Assembly: GCA_039922055.1 (NCBI GenBank)
Contig: JBDSAP010000065.1
Coordinates: 360-64,359 of the forward strand
DNA: 64,000 nt
Source of the DNA: Ferruginibacter sp.
GTDB taxonomy: Bacteria; Bacteroidota; Bacteroidia; Chitinophagales; Chitinophagaceae
Direction of reading: 5' to 3'
Shown here: positions 55,069 to 63,737 of the stretch, piece after piece
Position numbering within the stretch: position 1 is the first letter of the stretch
How the letters are laid out: the number at the start of each line of letters is the position of its first letter
The notes under the pieces: model-generated
Seen by the model: the letters and a program-made list of their open reading frames with translations, nothing else
Database searches by the model: none
What the model was told of the DNA's origin: nothing
Made by a program: the position numbers and the translations under genes

Positions 55069-55203
55069 TTGAATATGGTTAAGAAGCTGTTTGCGTTAAT
55101 TCGAAAATATTTATTGAATTACACACTTACTTCACAAAGTTTTTTCTCTATTGTTTAAGACTCTATTTTCTTTTTTTTCTTGATAAAAAAAAGAAACAAA
55201 AAA

Positions 55204-55371
55204 AATCAAGGCTGCGAATAAAAAGGCTGAAATTTTCAACATAATCCTAAAATCAAGGAACTCGCCGCCACAGTAAAATACTTTATAGTTTATGCTGGCT
55301 CAGACAGCCTTGATTTCTTAACGGCTTATGTTGAAAATTTCTAGCACTTTTTATTCGAGGCCACAGCCAGC
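55204..55371. other. about 170-nt long imperfect hairpin (structured ncRNA or MITE candidate)
   Basis: Nested pairings are visible. CGAATAAAAA (55214-55223) pairs with TTTTTATTCG (55348-55357). AAATTTTCAACATAA (55229-55243) pairs with TTATGTTGAAAATTT (55326-55340). AAATCAAGG (55249-55257) pairs with CCTTGATTT (55304-55312). Confidence 0.5.
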
Positions 55372-55454
55372 ATGTGTTTGCGAAGTAAATGCTTAATCCA
55401 AAATATTTGTTTTCACGCTTATTGATGCCATGAAATTATTCAGATGAAAGGATT

Positions 55455-55525
55455 GCGTCCCGATGCAGCACACAAAATCTTGCTCGGGATAAATAACGCA
55501 ACGATGATGCTATGAAAAACTGCAG
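55455..55525 (-). repeat. dispersed TTTTTCATAGCATCATCGTTGCGTT element with internal hairpin insert
   Basis: The minus strand reads CTGCAGTTTTTCATAGCATCATCGTTGCGTT, followed by the hairpin TCCCGA...TCGGGA. It sits just downstream of the porT-like stop. Confidence 0.75.
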
Positions 55526-55559
55526 CTGGTATTTAAAATAAATAAAACAACTGCTTAGT

Positions 55560-56294
55560 TTATTCAACCGTTAAAGAAAATGAAATCATTCTGGAACTGA
55601 TTTTATCTATGTTATTAGAAAACTTAAGCGTGGGGTTGCGACTGTGCAAATTTGAAAGACCCCAGCTTACTTTTAACTCTGGCGAAAGAACAAAGTAGGG
55701 GAAATACAGATGGAAACCTATACCTCCTTCAACACCATAATCCAGTTTATTTAGTTTAATCAACTCGTCAGCATTTGTTTTACCTGCATTTGAAGCCATA
55801 TCATAATCTATCTTAAAACCAGCAACCGTATACACTTTTAAGTTATCAATACGGTCACTGCTAAATTTTATTTGTAACGGAAGACTCAGTGTAATTGACT
55901 GAACTTTTTTTATGGTAAGCGGCGTTTCTCCGGCAGGTTGGTCGGGGTATGTTAATGCATATTGAAAGGCCTTTTCACTAAAGGTTAAATTCAATGGGTA
56001 GGTTCTCAAATCAAAATGGTTGCTTAAGTTTAAGTTAACCAGCCATGCAAGGTTAATACCCGTACTGTTAATACTTTCAATGCCCATCACGCTATCCTGT
56101 GCAAGAAATTGGGGATGGTGGGTAAAGCTGAAATGCGATTTATTCATTCCAAGGTTAATACCAAAATGGTACAACTTACTATCATGGTCTGGTAAATTAT
56201 TACCGCCATAACGTAATTGCGAAAAGCCAGTATGATGGCAAGCCAATAAAAATAAGATGGAGTAAATTACTTTACACCGCAATAAATACTGCAT
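55560..56294 (-). CDS. porT: PorT/SprT-like outer-membrane beta-barrel protein (T9SS-associated family)
   Basis: 244 aa with a signal peptide. FGINLGMNKSHFSF is present, along with an alternating beta-strand pattern ending ...ISFSLTVE. It lies immediately downstream of ubiE, as is frequent in Bacteroidota. Confidence 0.6.
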   Translation of the reverse strand: MQYLLRCKVIYSILFLLACHHTGFSQLRYGGNNLPDHDSKLYHFGINLGMNKSHFSFTHHPQFLAQDSVMGIESINSTGINLAWLVNLNLSNHFDLRTYPLNLTFSEKAFQYALTYPDQPAGETPLTIKKVQSITLSLPLQIKFSSDRIDNLKVYTVAGFKIDYDMASNAGKTNADELIKLNKLDYGVEGGIGFHLYFPYFVLSPELKVSWGLSNLHSRNPTLKFSNNIDKISSRMISFSLTVE

Positions 56295-57019
56295 ATTCCA
56301 AAGCTCAGGGGTTTACGAAAAGTGTTTTTGTATCCCAGGTTATCTAAGATGTTTGTAAAGTTTTGTCCTTCTGGAAATTTTTTAATTGATTCGTCGAGAT
56401 ATTTATATGCGTTGCGGTTTTTTGAAAACAATCTGCCGAAACCCGGCGCCACTACGTTCATGTACACATTATATATTTGCTTTATGACGGGTGCTTTTGG
56501 CTTACTGAATTCCAGTACAACCAGTTTACCGCCGGGTTTTAGCACTCTTTTTATTTCGCTTAAACCCTTTTCGAGATGCTGAAAATTACGTACACCAAAT
56601 GCAACGGTTACTGCATCGAACGTATTATCATTAAATTTTATTGTTTCACTATCCCCATTTAACAATTCAATTAAGTGGTTCAGCCCCTGTTTTTCAATTT
56701 TTTTACGTCCCAGTGCCAGCATGCCATCACTGATATCAATACCAATGATCTTCTTTGGTTGCAAAATTTGTGCCGTCATAATGGCTACATCAGCAGTACC
56801 GGTTGCCACATCTAATATTTCTTTTGGATCAATATCTTTCAATTGACGGATGGCCTTTTTGCGCCATTGGATGTCAATACCAGCACTTAAAAACCTGTTT
56901 AAAAAATCGTAGCGGTGAGCAATGTTATCAAACATATCAGCCACCTGTTCTTTCTTGGAAAGTGTTGAATCTTCTAAAGGAACTACTTTGTCGTGTGCAA
57001 ATTGCGTCATCGTGTGCAA
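56267..57019 (-). CDS. ubiE: demethylmenaquinone/ubiquinone C-methyltransferase UbiE/MenG
   Basis: UbiE signature FDNIAHRYDFLNRFLSAGIDIQWRK. SAM motif I is ILDVATGTAD. Also LKPGGKLVVLEFSKP. Confidence 0.9.
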   Translation of the reverse strand: MHTMTQFAHDKVVPLEDSTLSKKEQVADMFDNIAHRYDFLNRFLSAGIDIQWRKKAIRQLKDIDPKEILDVATGTADVAIMTAQILQPKKIIGIDISDGMLALGRKKIEKQGLNHLIELLNGDSETIKFNDNTFDAVTVAFGVRNFQHLEKGLSEIKRVLKPGGKLVVLEFSKPKAPVIKQIYNVYMNVVAPGFGRLFSKNRNAYKYLDESIKKFPEGQNFTNILDNLGYKNTFRKPLSFGICSIYCGVK

Positions 57020-57207
57020 AGATAGGAAACTAGGGTTAAGAAGGCAGAACGCTCATGGGCATTTTGGATAACCTGTAACATACAATACTACCTACGATGT
57101 AATCATAAAAAATGTTTGTTTAATGATCTGTTTCAATACAAGGCGATGCCCATTGTTTCATAGTTACCCGATGCCTGCACCTTGAACCATCTCCCTATCT
57201 TTGCCAA

Positions 57208-57855
57208 ATGCTAATTAAGTCAGCTAAATATATAATCAGTAGCCCGGATTTTGAAAAATGCCCGGCACCTGATAAAAAAGAATATGCGTTTATCGGTCGT
57301 AGTAACGTGGGTAAATCTTCCCTGATTAATATGCTTTGCAACAATGATAAACTTGCAAAAACTTCTGCCAACCCTGGTAAAACACAAATGATTAATCATT
57401 TTGAAATAACCTCAGCTTCTGCTATCAATGAAAAAAAAGAAGGGCAAAACACAAAATGGTACCTGGTAGATTTGCCTGGTTATGGTTTTGCAAAAGTAAG
57501 CTTGCGTAGCCGGCGCCGCTGGGAGCAAATGATTGAAGGTTACCTGCGCAAAAGAGAAAACCTGGAAATGGTTTTTGTGCTAATAGATTCCCGCCATACA
57601 CCACAAAAACTGGATCTTGATTTTTTAAATCAACTGGATAATTGGGAGATTCCCTTTGCACTAATCTTTACAAAAGCGGATAAAGAAACACAATCCGTGG
57701 TGGCAAAAAACGTACGGCTTTTTCTTGACAGGTTAAGAAAAACCTGGCAATTTCTGCCACAACATTTTGTAACCAGCGCCAATAAAAAAATGGGTAAGGA
57801 TAAAATACTTGCCCTGATTGATGAAAAAAATGAAACTGTAAAAGAAGTTGAATAA
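57208..57855 (+). CDS. engB: ribosome-biogenesis GTPase YihA/YsxC (EngB)
   Basis: G1 GRSNVGKSSLIN, G3 DLPGYGFAKV, G4 FTKADK. Confidence 0.9.
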   Translation: MLIKSAKYIISSPDFEKCPAPDKKEYAFIGRSNVGKSSLINMLCNNDKLAKTSANPGKTQMINHFEITSASAINEKKEGQNTKWYLVDLPGYGFAKVSLRSRRRWEQMIEGYLRKRENLEMVFVLIDSRHTPQKLDLDFLNQLDNWEIPFALIFTKADKETQSVVAKNVRLFLDRLRKTWQFLPQHFVTSANKKMGKDKILALIDEKNETVKEVE

Positions 57856-57866
57856 TAGTGACTGAC

Positions 57867-58802
57867 TTACCTTGTAAATTCTTCTGTTGCGATTGCAATA
57901 AGCCGGGTAGCTTTTAATAGAAAATCAAAGTCAATTGTTTCGAACGTGTCATCTACTCTATGATAGTACCTGTCTGTCGGTGAACTGGCCATGATGGTAA
58001 ATGCATTTTTTATGTTAACTGCAAATGGATAATGATCACTACGATGTGCCAGGTCTTCGTCATAATACGGATCGTAACCAAAGAAATTCTTTATTGCCAA
58101 TCCCGATTTTTTTAAATGATCATTGAGCATATTCCTTACTTTATTATTACCCAAAGAAATAATGTAACAGTTGTTATAAGCAGGCCTGCCCAACATTTCC
58201 AGGTTAATGACAGCCTTTATCAATTTGGGATTTAAACTATCAGCCAGGTGGGTAGAACCTACCATTCCCAGTTCTTCACCCGCAAAGCCTATAAAAACCA
58301 GGTTGTATCGATTGTGTTTTTTTGCGGCATAATATTTTGCCAGTTCCAGCATTGCCGCCACGCCGGTTGCGTTGTCATTTGCACCATTATAAATATCATC
58401 TTTTTTTGTGTAGTCTTTATTTGTTGTAAGATCATCGGCCTGGCCGATGTGATCGTAATGGGCAGAAAAAATAATCATGGTGTCGTTTGCAACTGATGAC
58501 GGAATGCTGCCAATAACATTTACTCCAATCATTTTCTTATTGTAATTTTCTGCCGGGAATGAATCAAAAAATGACAGCTTGTTTTTCAACGGTATCAAAC
58601 CCAATTCAGTAAATTTATTTACAATGTATGTTGCTGCTTTAGTTGCTCCGTCACTTCCGGTAAACCTGCCTTTTAAATTATCGGCAGATAAAAATGAAAC
58701 GGTTTCCTGCAATGAAGATTTTTGTATAAGGCTATCTGCAAAATGGAGTTGCCCATGTACAAAAAAGGGGGACAACATTAATATAAAAAAGAGAAATTTC
58801 AT
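57867..58802 (-). CDS. M28-family exported aminopeptidase
   Basis: The likely start is M20 at 58802 (MKFLFFILMLSPFFVHG). The longer ORF would run through the upstream terminator. Zinc-ligand regions are FSAHYDHIG, GANDNATG and FAGEELGMVGS. Confidence 0.85.
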   Translation of the reverse strand: MKFLFFILMLSPFFVHGQLHFADSLIQKSSLQETVSFLSADNLKGRFTGSDGATKAATYIVNKFTELGLIPLKNKLSFFDSFPAENYNKKMIGVNVIGSIPSSVANDTMIIFSAHYDHIGQADDLTTNKDYTKKDDIYNGANDNATGVAAMLELAKYYAAKKHNRYNLVFIGFAGEELGMVGSTHLADSLNPKLIKAVINLEMLGRPAYNNCYIISLGNNKVRNMLNDHLKKSGLAIKNFFGYDPYYDEDLAHRSDHYPFAVNIKNAFTIMASSPTDRYYHRVDDTFETIDFDFLLKATRLIAIATEEFTR

Positions 58803-58840
58803 GGTTGAAAATATCGTGAAAGAATTGACTGTAAGATGGT

Positions 58841-58882
58841 ACATAAAAAAGCCATCCACCAGTAATTTGTCACGGTGGATGG
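58841..58882 (-). terminator. intrinsic terminator after cyclophilin gene
   Basis: A 9-bp stem pairs CCATCCACC (58852-58860) with GGTGGATGG (58874-58882). On the minus strand it is followed by GCTTTTTTATG. Confidence 0.75.
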
Positions 58883-58913
58883 CTTAGCAATAATTAGCTG
58901 CTGTTTAAATCAA

Positions 58914-59363
58914 TTATGGAAGGATGGTTACTTTTTCCATAATGTCGCCACTGCTGATTTCATCCACAACATCCAGGCCTTCGATAACTTTGCCGAAGCA
59001 AGTATGAACGCCATCCAGATGTTTGGTATTTGCACGGTTATGGCAAATGAAGAATTGCGATCCTCCTGTATTTGGTCCACGATGCGCCATTGATATTACG
59101 CCGCGGTCATGTATCTGCTTGCTTCCCTTGGTTTCGCATTCAATGGTATAGCCAGGGCCACCGGCACCGGTACCATCAGGGCACCCACCTTGTATCATAA
59201 AATTGGGAATAACACGATGAAACTTAAGTCCATCATAATAGCCTTCTGCTATCAGTTTTTTAAAATTAGCAACGGCAATGGGTGCATCATCGTCATACAA
59301 TTCAAATGTTAGCACACCTTTGTTGGTTTGTATTTGTCCTTTTGTTAATGCTGTTTCGCTCAT
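58914..59363 (-). CDS. ppiB: cyclophilin-type peptidyl-prolyl cis-trans isomerase
   Basis: FHRVIPNFMIQGGCP...GGPGY...SMAHRGPNTGGSQFFI. Confidence 0.92.
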   Translation of the reverse strand: MSETALTKGQIQTNKGVLTFELYDDDAPIAVANFKKLIAEGYYDGLKFHRVIPNFMIQGGCPDGTGAGGPGYTIECETKGSKQIHDRGVISMAHRGPNTGGSQFFICHNRANTKHLDGVHTCFGKVIEGLDVVDEISSGDIMEKVTILP

Positions 59364-59617
59364 TTTATTAAAATTTAAATTGAACGCAAAGGTATTCTTT
59401 ACCTTTCAATTAACAGGCTATGCTGCTATTTTTATGAATGCATTAAGTTATCCTTCAATCATTTTAACAATATTAAAATGATGAAGGAATGTTGTTGAGC
59501 ATTTATAATAAACAGATATGCATAAAGTTGAGGAAAATAATGATTCTATGCTCGACTCTTAATTTGGAAGGTCATTGGAATTAGTTACTTTTGACGTTAG
59601 TAACTTATCACAGGACT

Positions 59618-59899
59618 ATGATTGTATCATTTGGCAATTCTGATACGGAAAAAATTTGGAATGGTATTCGTGTAAAAGGTTTACCAATAGAAATTCAGAA
59701 TGTAGGGAGAAGAAAACTTAGAATGCTTCACAATTCAGTAGATCTTATAGATTTGAGAACTCCTCCTTCTAATAGATTGGAAAAGCTATCAGGGAAATTA
59801 AAAGAATTTTACAGTATCAGAATCAATGACCAGTGGCGAATTATTTTTAGTTGGAATGCTGGAAATGCTGCTCAGGTTGAGATAATAGATTATCATTAA
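59618..59899 (+). CDS. higB: HigB-type (RelE/ParE superfamily) toxin, plasmid-maintenance-killer family
   Basis: 93 aa from the ATG at 59618. The C-terminal half NRLEKLSGKLKEFYSIRINDQWRIIFSWNAGNAAQVEIIDYH matches the HigB killer-protein pattern. It lies 10 nt upstream of the antitoxin. Confidence 0.85.
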   Translation: MIVSFGNSDTEKIWNGIRVKGLPIEIQNVGRRKLRMLHNSVDLIDLRTPPSNRLEKLSGKLKEFYSIRINDQWRIIFSWNAGNAAQVEIIDYH

Positions 59900-59909
59900 A
59901 AATTTTGAA

Positions 59910-60209
59910 ATGGCTAAGTTAAATAATGTTCATCCGGGTGAAATTTTGATTGAGGAGTTTCTTATTCCTTTAAATATTTCAGCATACAAGCTTTCAAAAG
60001 ACATAGGAATTCCACAGACAAGAATTTCAGAAATTGTAAAAGGAAACCGGAGAATTACTGCCGACACCGCACTAAGATTGAGCAAATATTTTGGCAACTC
60101 AGCTAAATTTTGGCTCGGATTACAAGACGACTTTGACATTGAAGAAGAAACAATTAACAAGCAAACCATTCTTAAGTCAATTAAGACCATAAGTCAAAAT
60201 GTAGCATAA
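59910..60209 (+). CDS. higA: HigA-type antitoxin (XRE-family HTH)
   Basis: HPGEILIEEFLIPLNISAYKLSKDIGIPQTRISEIVKGNRRITADTALRLSKYFGNSAKFWLGLQ is the canonical HigA/VapI HTH. Confidence 0.88.
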   Translation: MAKLNNVHPGEILIEEFLIPLNISAYKLSKDIGIPQTRISEIVKGNRRITADTALRLSKYFGNSAKFWLGLQDDFDIEEETINKQTILKSIKTISQNVA

Positions 60210-60375
60210 GGCATTAGGTGTATTTCTACAGTCCCAAGGCACAAGATTACTTTTCGATTTTGTTGAAATTTTCATTTTTTAAATAGGCATTGCAGCCGGG
60301 TGACAAAGCCACTTATGCCTAAACGATAGGAGAGTCAGTTTTAAGGATCGTGCAGTTGAGCACACCATCGGAGAC

Positions 60376-60417
60376 ATAAAATAAAAAAGCCAACAATTAG
60401 TTTACTACTTTGTTGGC
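60376..60417 (-). terminator. intrinsic terminator overlapping the stop codon of the YkuK-like gene
   Basis: An 8-bp stem pairs GCCAACAA (60389-60396) with TTGTTGGC (60410-60417). On the minus strand it is followed by TTTTTTATTTTAT. Confidence 0.65.
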
Positions 60418-60870
60418 ACAGCTACTGCTTGCAAAGGCTTCTGGCTTGGCTTTGAAAGCAAAACCCATTCCCAGGATATAACCCATGGCTTCCCGCAATG
60501 CTTCGTTACTTTTAAAATGGGGATTGGTATTAATGTCGGCATGTACTTCCATGTCAACATCATACAGCGTAAACAAATCGCAAAGTTCGTAAGCAATTTC
60601 AATGCTTTTTGCTACTTCCACCAACATGCGTTCTTTGATGCTGTACTTCAGCAATGTTTTTTCGTTGTGAATAAACATAAAGCCTCCGTGGCCTTCTCTT
60701 AAAAAAACGATGACTGTGGCAAACTCTGTTTCTTTTCCTTTTACCTGGCTGTCAGTTCCGATACAAACTTTTAAATGATTTCCAGCCTTTGTTTCTCTGA
60801 TAATTGTCTCTTCTACCGCTTGTTTAATGGGTAGTTGAATGGGATCGCCATTGAATTTTCTCCATAACAT
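60397..60870 (-). CDS. RNase H-like YkuK/DUF458-family protein (tentative)
   Basis: 157 aa. CIGTDSQ...ATVIVFLREGHGGFMF...DMEVHADIN resembles the DUF458 acidic-residue pattern. Recognised from memory only. Confidence 0.5.
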   Translation of the reverse strand: MLWRKFNGDPIQLPIKQAVEETIIRETKAGNHLKVCIGTDSQVKGKETEFATVIVFLREGHGGFMFIHNEKTLLKYSIKERMLVEVAKSIEIAYELCDLFTLYDVDMEVHADINTNPHFKSNEALREAMGYILGMGFAFKAKPEAFASSSCANKVVN

Positions 60871-60998
60871 ATAAAAAAGTGTTTTCTAAAGTTACTGAAA
60901 TAAATAATGTAAAAACGGCGTGACATATCAGGTAATAATAAATTATTCTTAAATGTTCTGTACCCTATAATTGGCTATAGGCGGTAGTTTGAAGCAAT

Positions 60999-61466
60999 AA
61001 AAAAGGGCCAACCCCTTACGTTGACCCTTTAACTTACACATGAATCTACCTTACTGCTATACCGCGTATTTTGTGGGGCGGTTATTATTTTGATAAAACC
61101 TCTGCTAAAAAATTGTTGTTTTAAAAGTTTTAAAAAAGGACCAGCCCCTTACGCTGGCCCTTTAACTTACACATGAATCTACCTTACAGTTATACCGCGT
61201 ATTTTATGGGGCGGATAATTTATTAGAAAATGTTCTATAAAAAATTAGTTGTTTTAAAAGGTTTTAAAAAAGGGCCAGTCCCTTACACTGACCCTTTAAC
61301 TTACACATGAATCTACCTTACTTTCTTTTTTAATTTTTAAGGGAATTTTTTACAATGAACTCTTCGATAATTCAGCTATACCTTGCTTTTAAAAAGGGGT
61401 AAAAGTTTTAAAAAAAGGACCAGCCCCTTACGCTGGCCCTTTAACTTACACATGAATCTACCTTAC
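60999..61466 (-). repeat. four tandem modules (period 133-145 bp), each a perfectly conserved 27-mer followed by a terminator hairpin and T-run on the minus strand
   Basis: The minus-strand module is GTAAGGTAGATTCATGTGTAAGTTAAA-GGGCCAGC-gtaaggg-GCTGGYCC-TTTTTT. Plus-strand hairpin starts are near 61005, 61138, 61272 and 61417. The first module (61411-61466) begins at the protease stop codon. Confidence 0.88.
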
Positions 61467-63052
61467 TGTTTTATAATTCTTTCTACTTGTTTTTGATTGT
61501 TGTTTACTATTTGAAGTACATACATTCCACTTTGGAACCTGCTTACATCAACACTGTTATATCCTTCCTGGCCAATTCCCCTGGCTAACATATTGCCATT
61601 GACATCGCTTAACTGGTATTGATATGCTTCATCCGCATTTACCGTTATTTCAGTACGTACAAAAGTTGATACCTTAAATGGCTTACCGGTTTTGCTAATA
61701 CCTCTCAACATGATTGTGTTGGAATACATGCTTTGATTTAATACGGATGTTGCTTTAATACGATAATATAAATCAGCATGTTGGTAAGGCGTATATACAA
61801 AGCTTTTAGCTGAGGCTGAAATGTTGTTGTAAATACTATTGAAATGAATTCCATCCGAAGATGATTCGATCACGATGGATTGGACGGCTTCGTCAGCAAC
61901 GATGGACCAGTTTAAATTGTGTTTATTGTTTTCAGTTTTTCCAGTTAATGTTATATTTCTAATCGGTAAAACTCCACCGATAGTAGCAGTCATCGAATAA
62001 GATCCTAAACTACCGTAATCATCTACATTGTTATTTCCGGTACCATCAACAACAAGGTAATATGTGCCACTGTTTAATACTGTATCAATTACAACATTCA
62101 TCGTTGTTGCGGGATCGTACGTGTTTAATAATACTTTAGAACTGTTGTACAATAATAGTTTAACGTCCAGGTTGGCTCCCTGGTAATTGGCATCAACACT
62201 ATAAGGCTTTGCATCCAGGTGAATGGTGGAATTGGCAACAAGGTTAAAAGTAAATGCATCCTGGTCAGTAGTTGTAGTAATAATTCCGTCTACGTTTGCA
62301 CCTGTTAATAATAGTGTTGCCGGATTTAAATTAATGCTATCACTATAGTCATCCGCTCTAAATGAAAATCCGTTTTGTGATGTAATAATGGAAAGGTTAT
62401 CCTGTGTGTTTGAGCAACCATAAGGTGTAGGGCCATTGTTCCAGCCAGTCATATTTCTATAATAGCTATTACCCATTATTGGCGCCCATGCACTTACACC
62501 AATACCAATGCCATCGTTGTAAGTTGCTGTTAAATTGCAGACACCATCATATTTTGATTGATGCGACAAACCTACTGTGTGGCCACTTTCATGCGAACAA
62601 CATTCAGCAACCATCTTCGCACTATTGGGTCCCAGGCGATCGCAAAAAACAAAAGCTGGCGTATCATCACCCCACTTAAAAGAACCTGTAAATGCAACAC
62701 CGCCAACACCCTGAAACCAATTACTGGTTGGAGTTATAATGACCCTTATTCTTTGGGAAAGTGGTGCCGCAATATATTTTGCCACATCAGTGGTGATATT
62801 GATATTAAACGGGCGATAGTCTTCAGATACCCGGTTAAACACTTCTGTAATTTGTATATCTGTAAGGCCAGATGATGCACAGGTTAACGTACTTCCGCTG
62901 TTCCAATACGGGCTGTTAACGGTTTGTCCGTCAAAGTCTAAATAGATGGTTGCGGAAGCTGTAGGCAAGCTGTTTAAAATAGGCAGGCAGTACGCATTGA
63001 AAGAAACTAACAATGTCAGTAACAGCATTAAGGGTGCTGATTGCTTCTTCAT
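61463..63052 (-). CDS. secreted metzincin-type zinc metalloprotease with T9SS type-A C-terminal sorting domain
   Basis: Signal peptide MKKQSAPLMLLLTLLVSFNAYC. Zinc site CCSHESGHTVGLSH (HExxHxxGxxH). A beta-sandwich middle follows. The C-terminal ...GMYVLQIVNNNQKQVERIIKQ is typical of the Por secretion CTD. Confidence 0.85.
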   Translation of the reverse strand: MKKQSAPLMLLLTLLVSFNAYCLPILNSLPTASATIYLDFDGQTVNSPYWNSGSTLTCASSGLTDIQITEVFNRVSEDYRPFNINITTDVAKYIAAPLSQRIRVIITPTSNWFQGVGGVAFTGSFKWGDDTPAFVFCDRLGPNSAKMVAECCSHESGHTVGLSHQSKYDGVCNLTATYNDGIGIGVSAWAPIMGNSYYRNMTGWNNGPTPYGCSNTQDNLSIITSQNGFSFRADDYSDSINLNPATLLLTGANVDGIITTTTDQDAFTFNLVANSTIHLDAKPYSVDANYQGANLDVKLLLYNSSKVLLNTYDPATTMNVVIDTVLNSGTYYLVVDGTGNNNVDDYGSLGSYSMTATIGGVLPIRNITLTGKTENNKHNLNWSIVADEAVQSIVIESSSDGIHFNSIYNNISASAKSFVYTPYQHADLYYRIKATSVLNQSMYSNTIMLRGISKTGKPFKVSTFVRTEITVNADEAYQYQLSDVNGNMLARGIGQEGYNSVDVSRFQSGMYVLQIVNNNQKQVERIIKQ

Positions 63053-63131
63053 TTAGGTGGATTTTAGAATGCCGGTAGTAAGCCGGGTTGGTTTTAAATA
63101 AGGGTTGGATTCATCTGTTTGCAGCCAGTTA

Positions 63132-63590
63132 CTATTGACTGCAATTCGTTAAAATATTTTCAGTATTTATTTTTAAAAGCTGGTAATTGCCATTGGCTGT
63201 TTTCTTCAATTCATAACCGTCAGCGTATGCAGGATTGAAAATTCTGCCCACATATGTAATTATATTATTTTCTGACTGTTTTGAAATTGAAAAGAAGGTG
63301 TTTTGATACGCAGGTAACTGTATTACCAATGTTTGCAAATTGGCATATTTAACAAGGTTGCTGGTGACCGGTCCGGTAAGTGAAACCTGGCTGGCAACTG
63401 GTAATGAAATATTTTGTCCTTTCGCTGAATTAAATAACGCACCTAACTGAGCTTCGGTAAAATTAATTGTAACGGGAAGATTTGAAAATAAAACAGGCTT
63501 TGTGGAAGATCTGTTTTGCTGTGCATTTACGGTAGCTGCGCCAAGGGTAAGCAGTACCAGGCACAAGGTGATTGTGAGGTTGTTTTTCAT
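63132..63590 (-). CDS. exported protein of unknown function
   Basis: 152 aa with signal peptide MKNNLTITLCLVLLTLGAATVNAQQ. No recognisable motif. Confidence 0.55.
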   Translation of the reverse strand: MKNNLTITLCLVLLTLGAATVNAQQNRSSTKPVLFSNLPVTINFTEAQLGALFNSAKGQNISLPVASQVSLTGPVTSNLVKYANLQTLVIQLPAYQNTFFSISKQSENNIITYVGRIFNPAYADGYELKKTANGNYQLLKINTENILTNCSQ

Positions 63591-63737
63591 GGGTTCAGAT
63601 TTTGAATATTGTTATACTAAAAAACAAGGATTTAATAGTATAATCAATTAAACGGCAATCGGCATAAAATATTATATAAACCCACCAAAAAAAGAAACTT
63701 TTCCTTTGAGATAGAAAAATTTCTACAAGCCTTTTGA

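Noticed and set aside
61130-61190. Micro-ORF MCKLKGQRKGLVLF* encoded on the minus strand by the invariant 27-mer plus hairpin
   Set aside because: The ORF length differs among the four modules: 14 codons in two and longer read-throughs in the others. The sequence changes are exactly the paired positions of the stem, which a terminator hairpin explains better.
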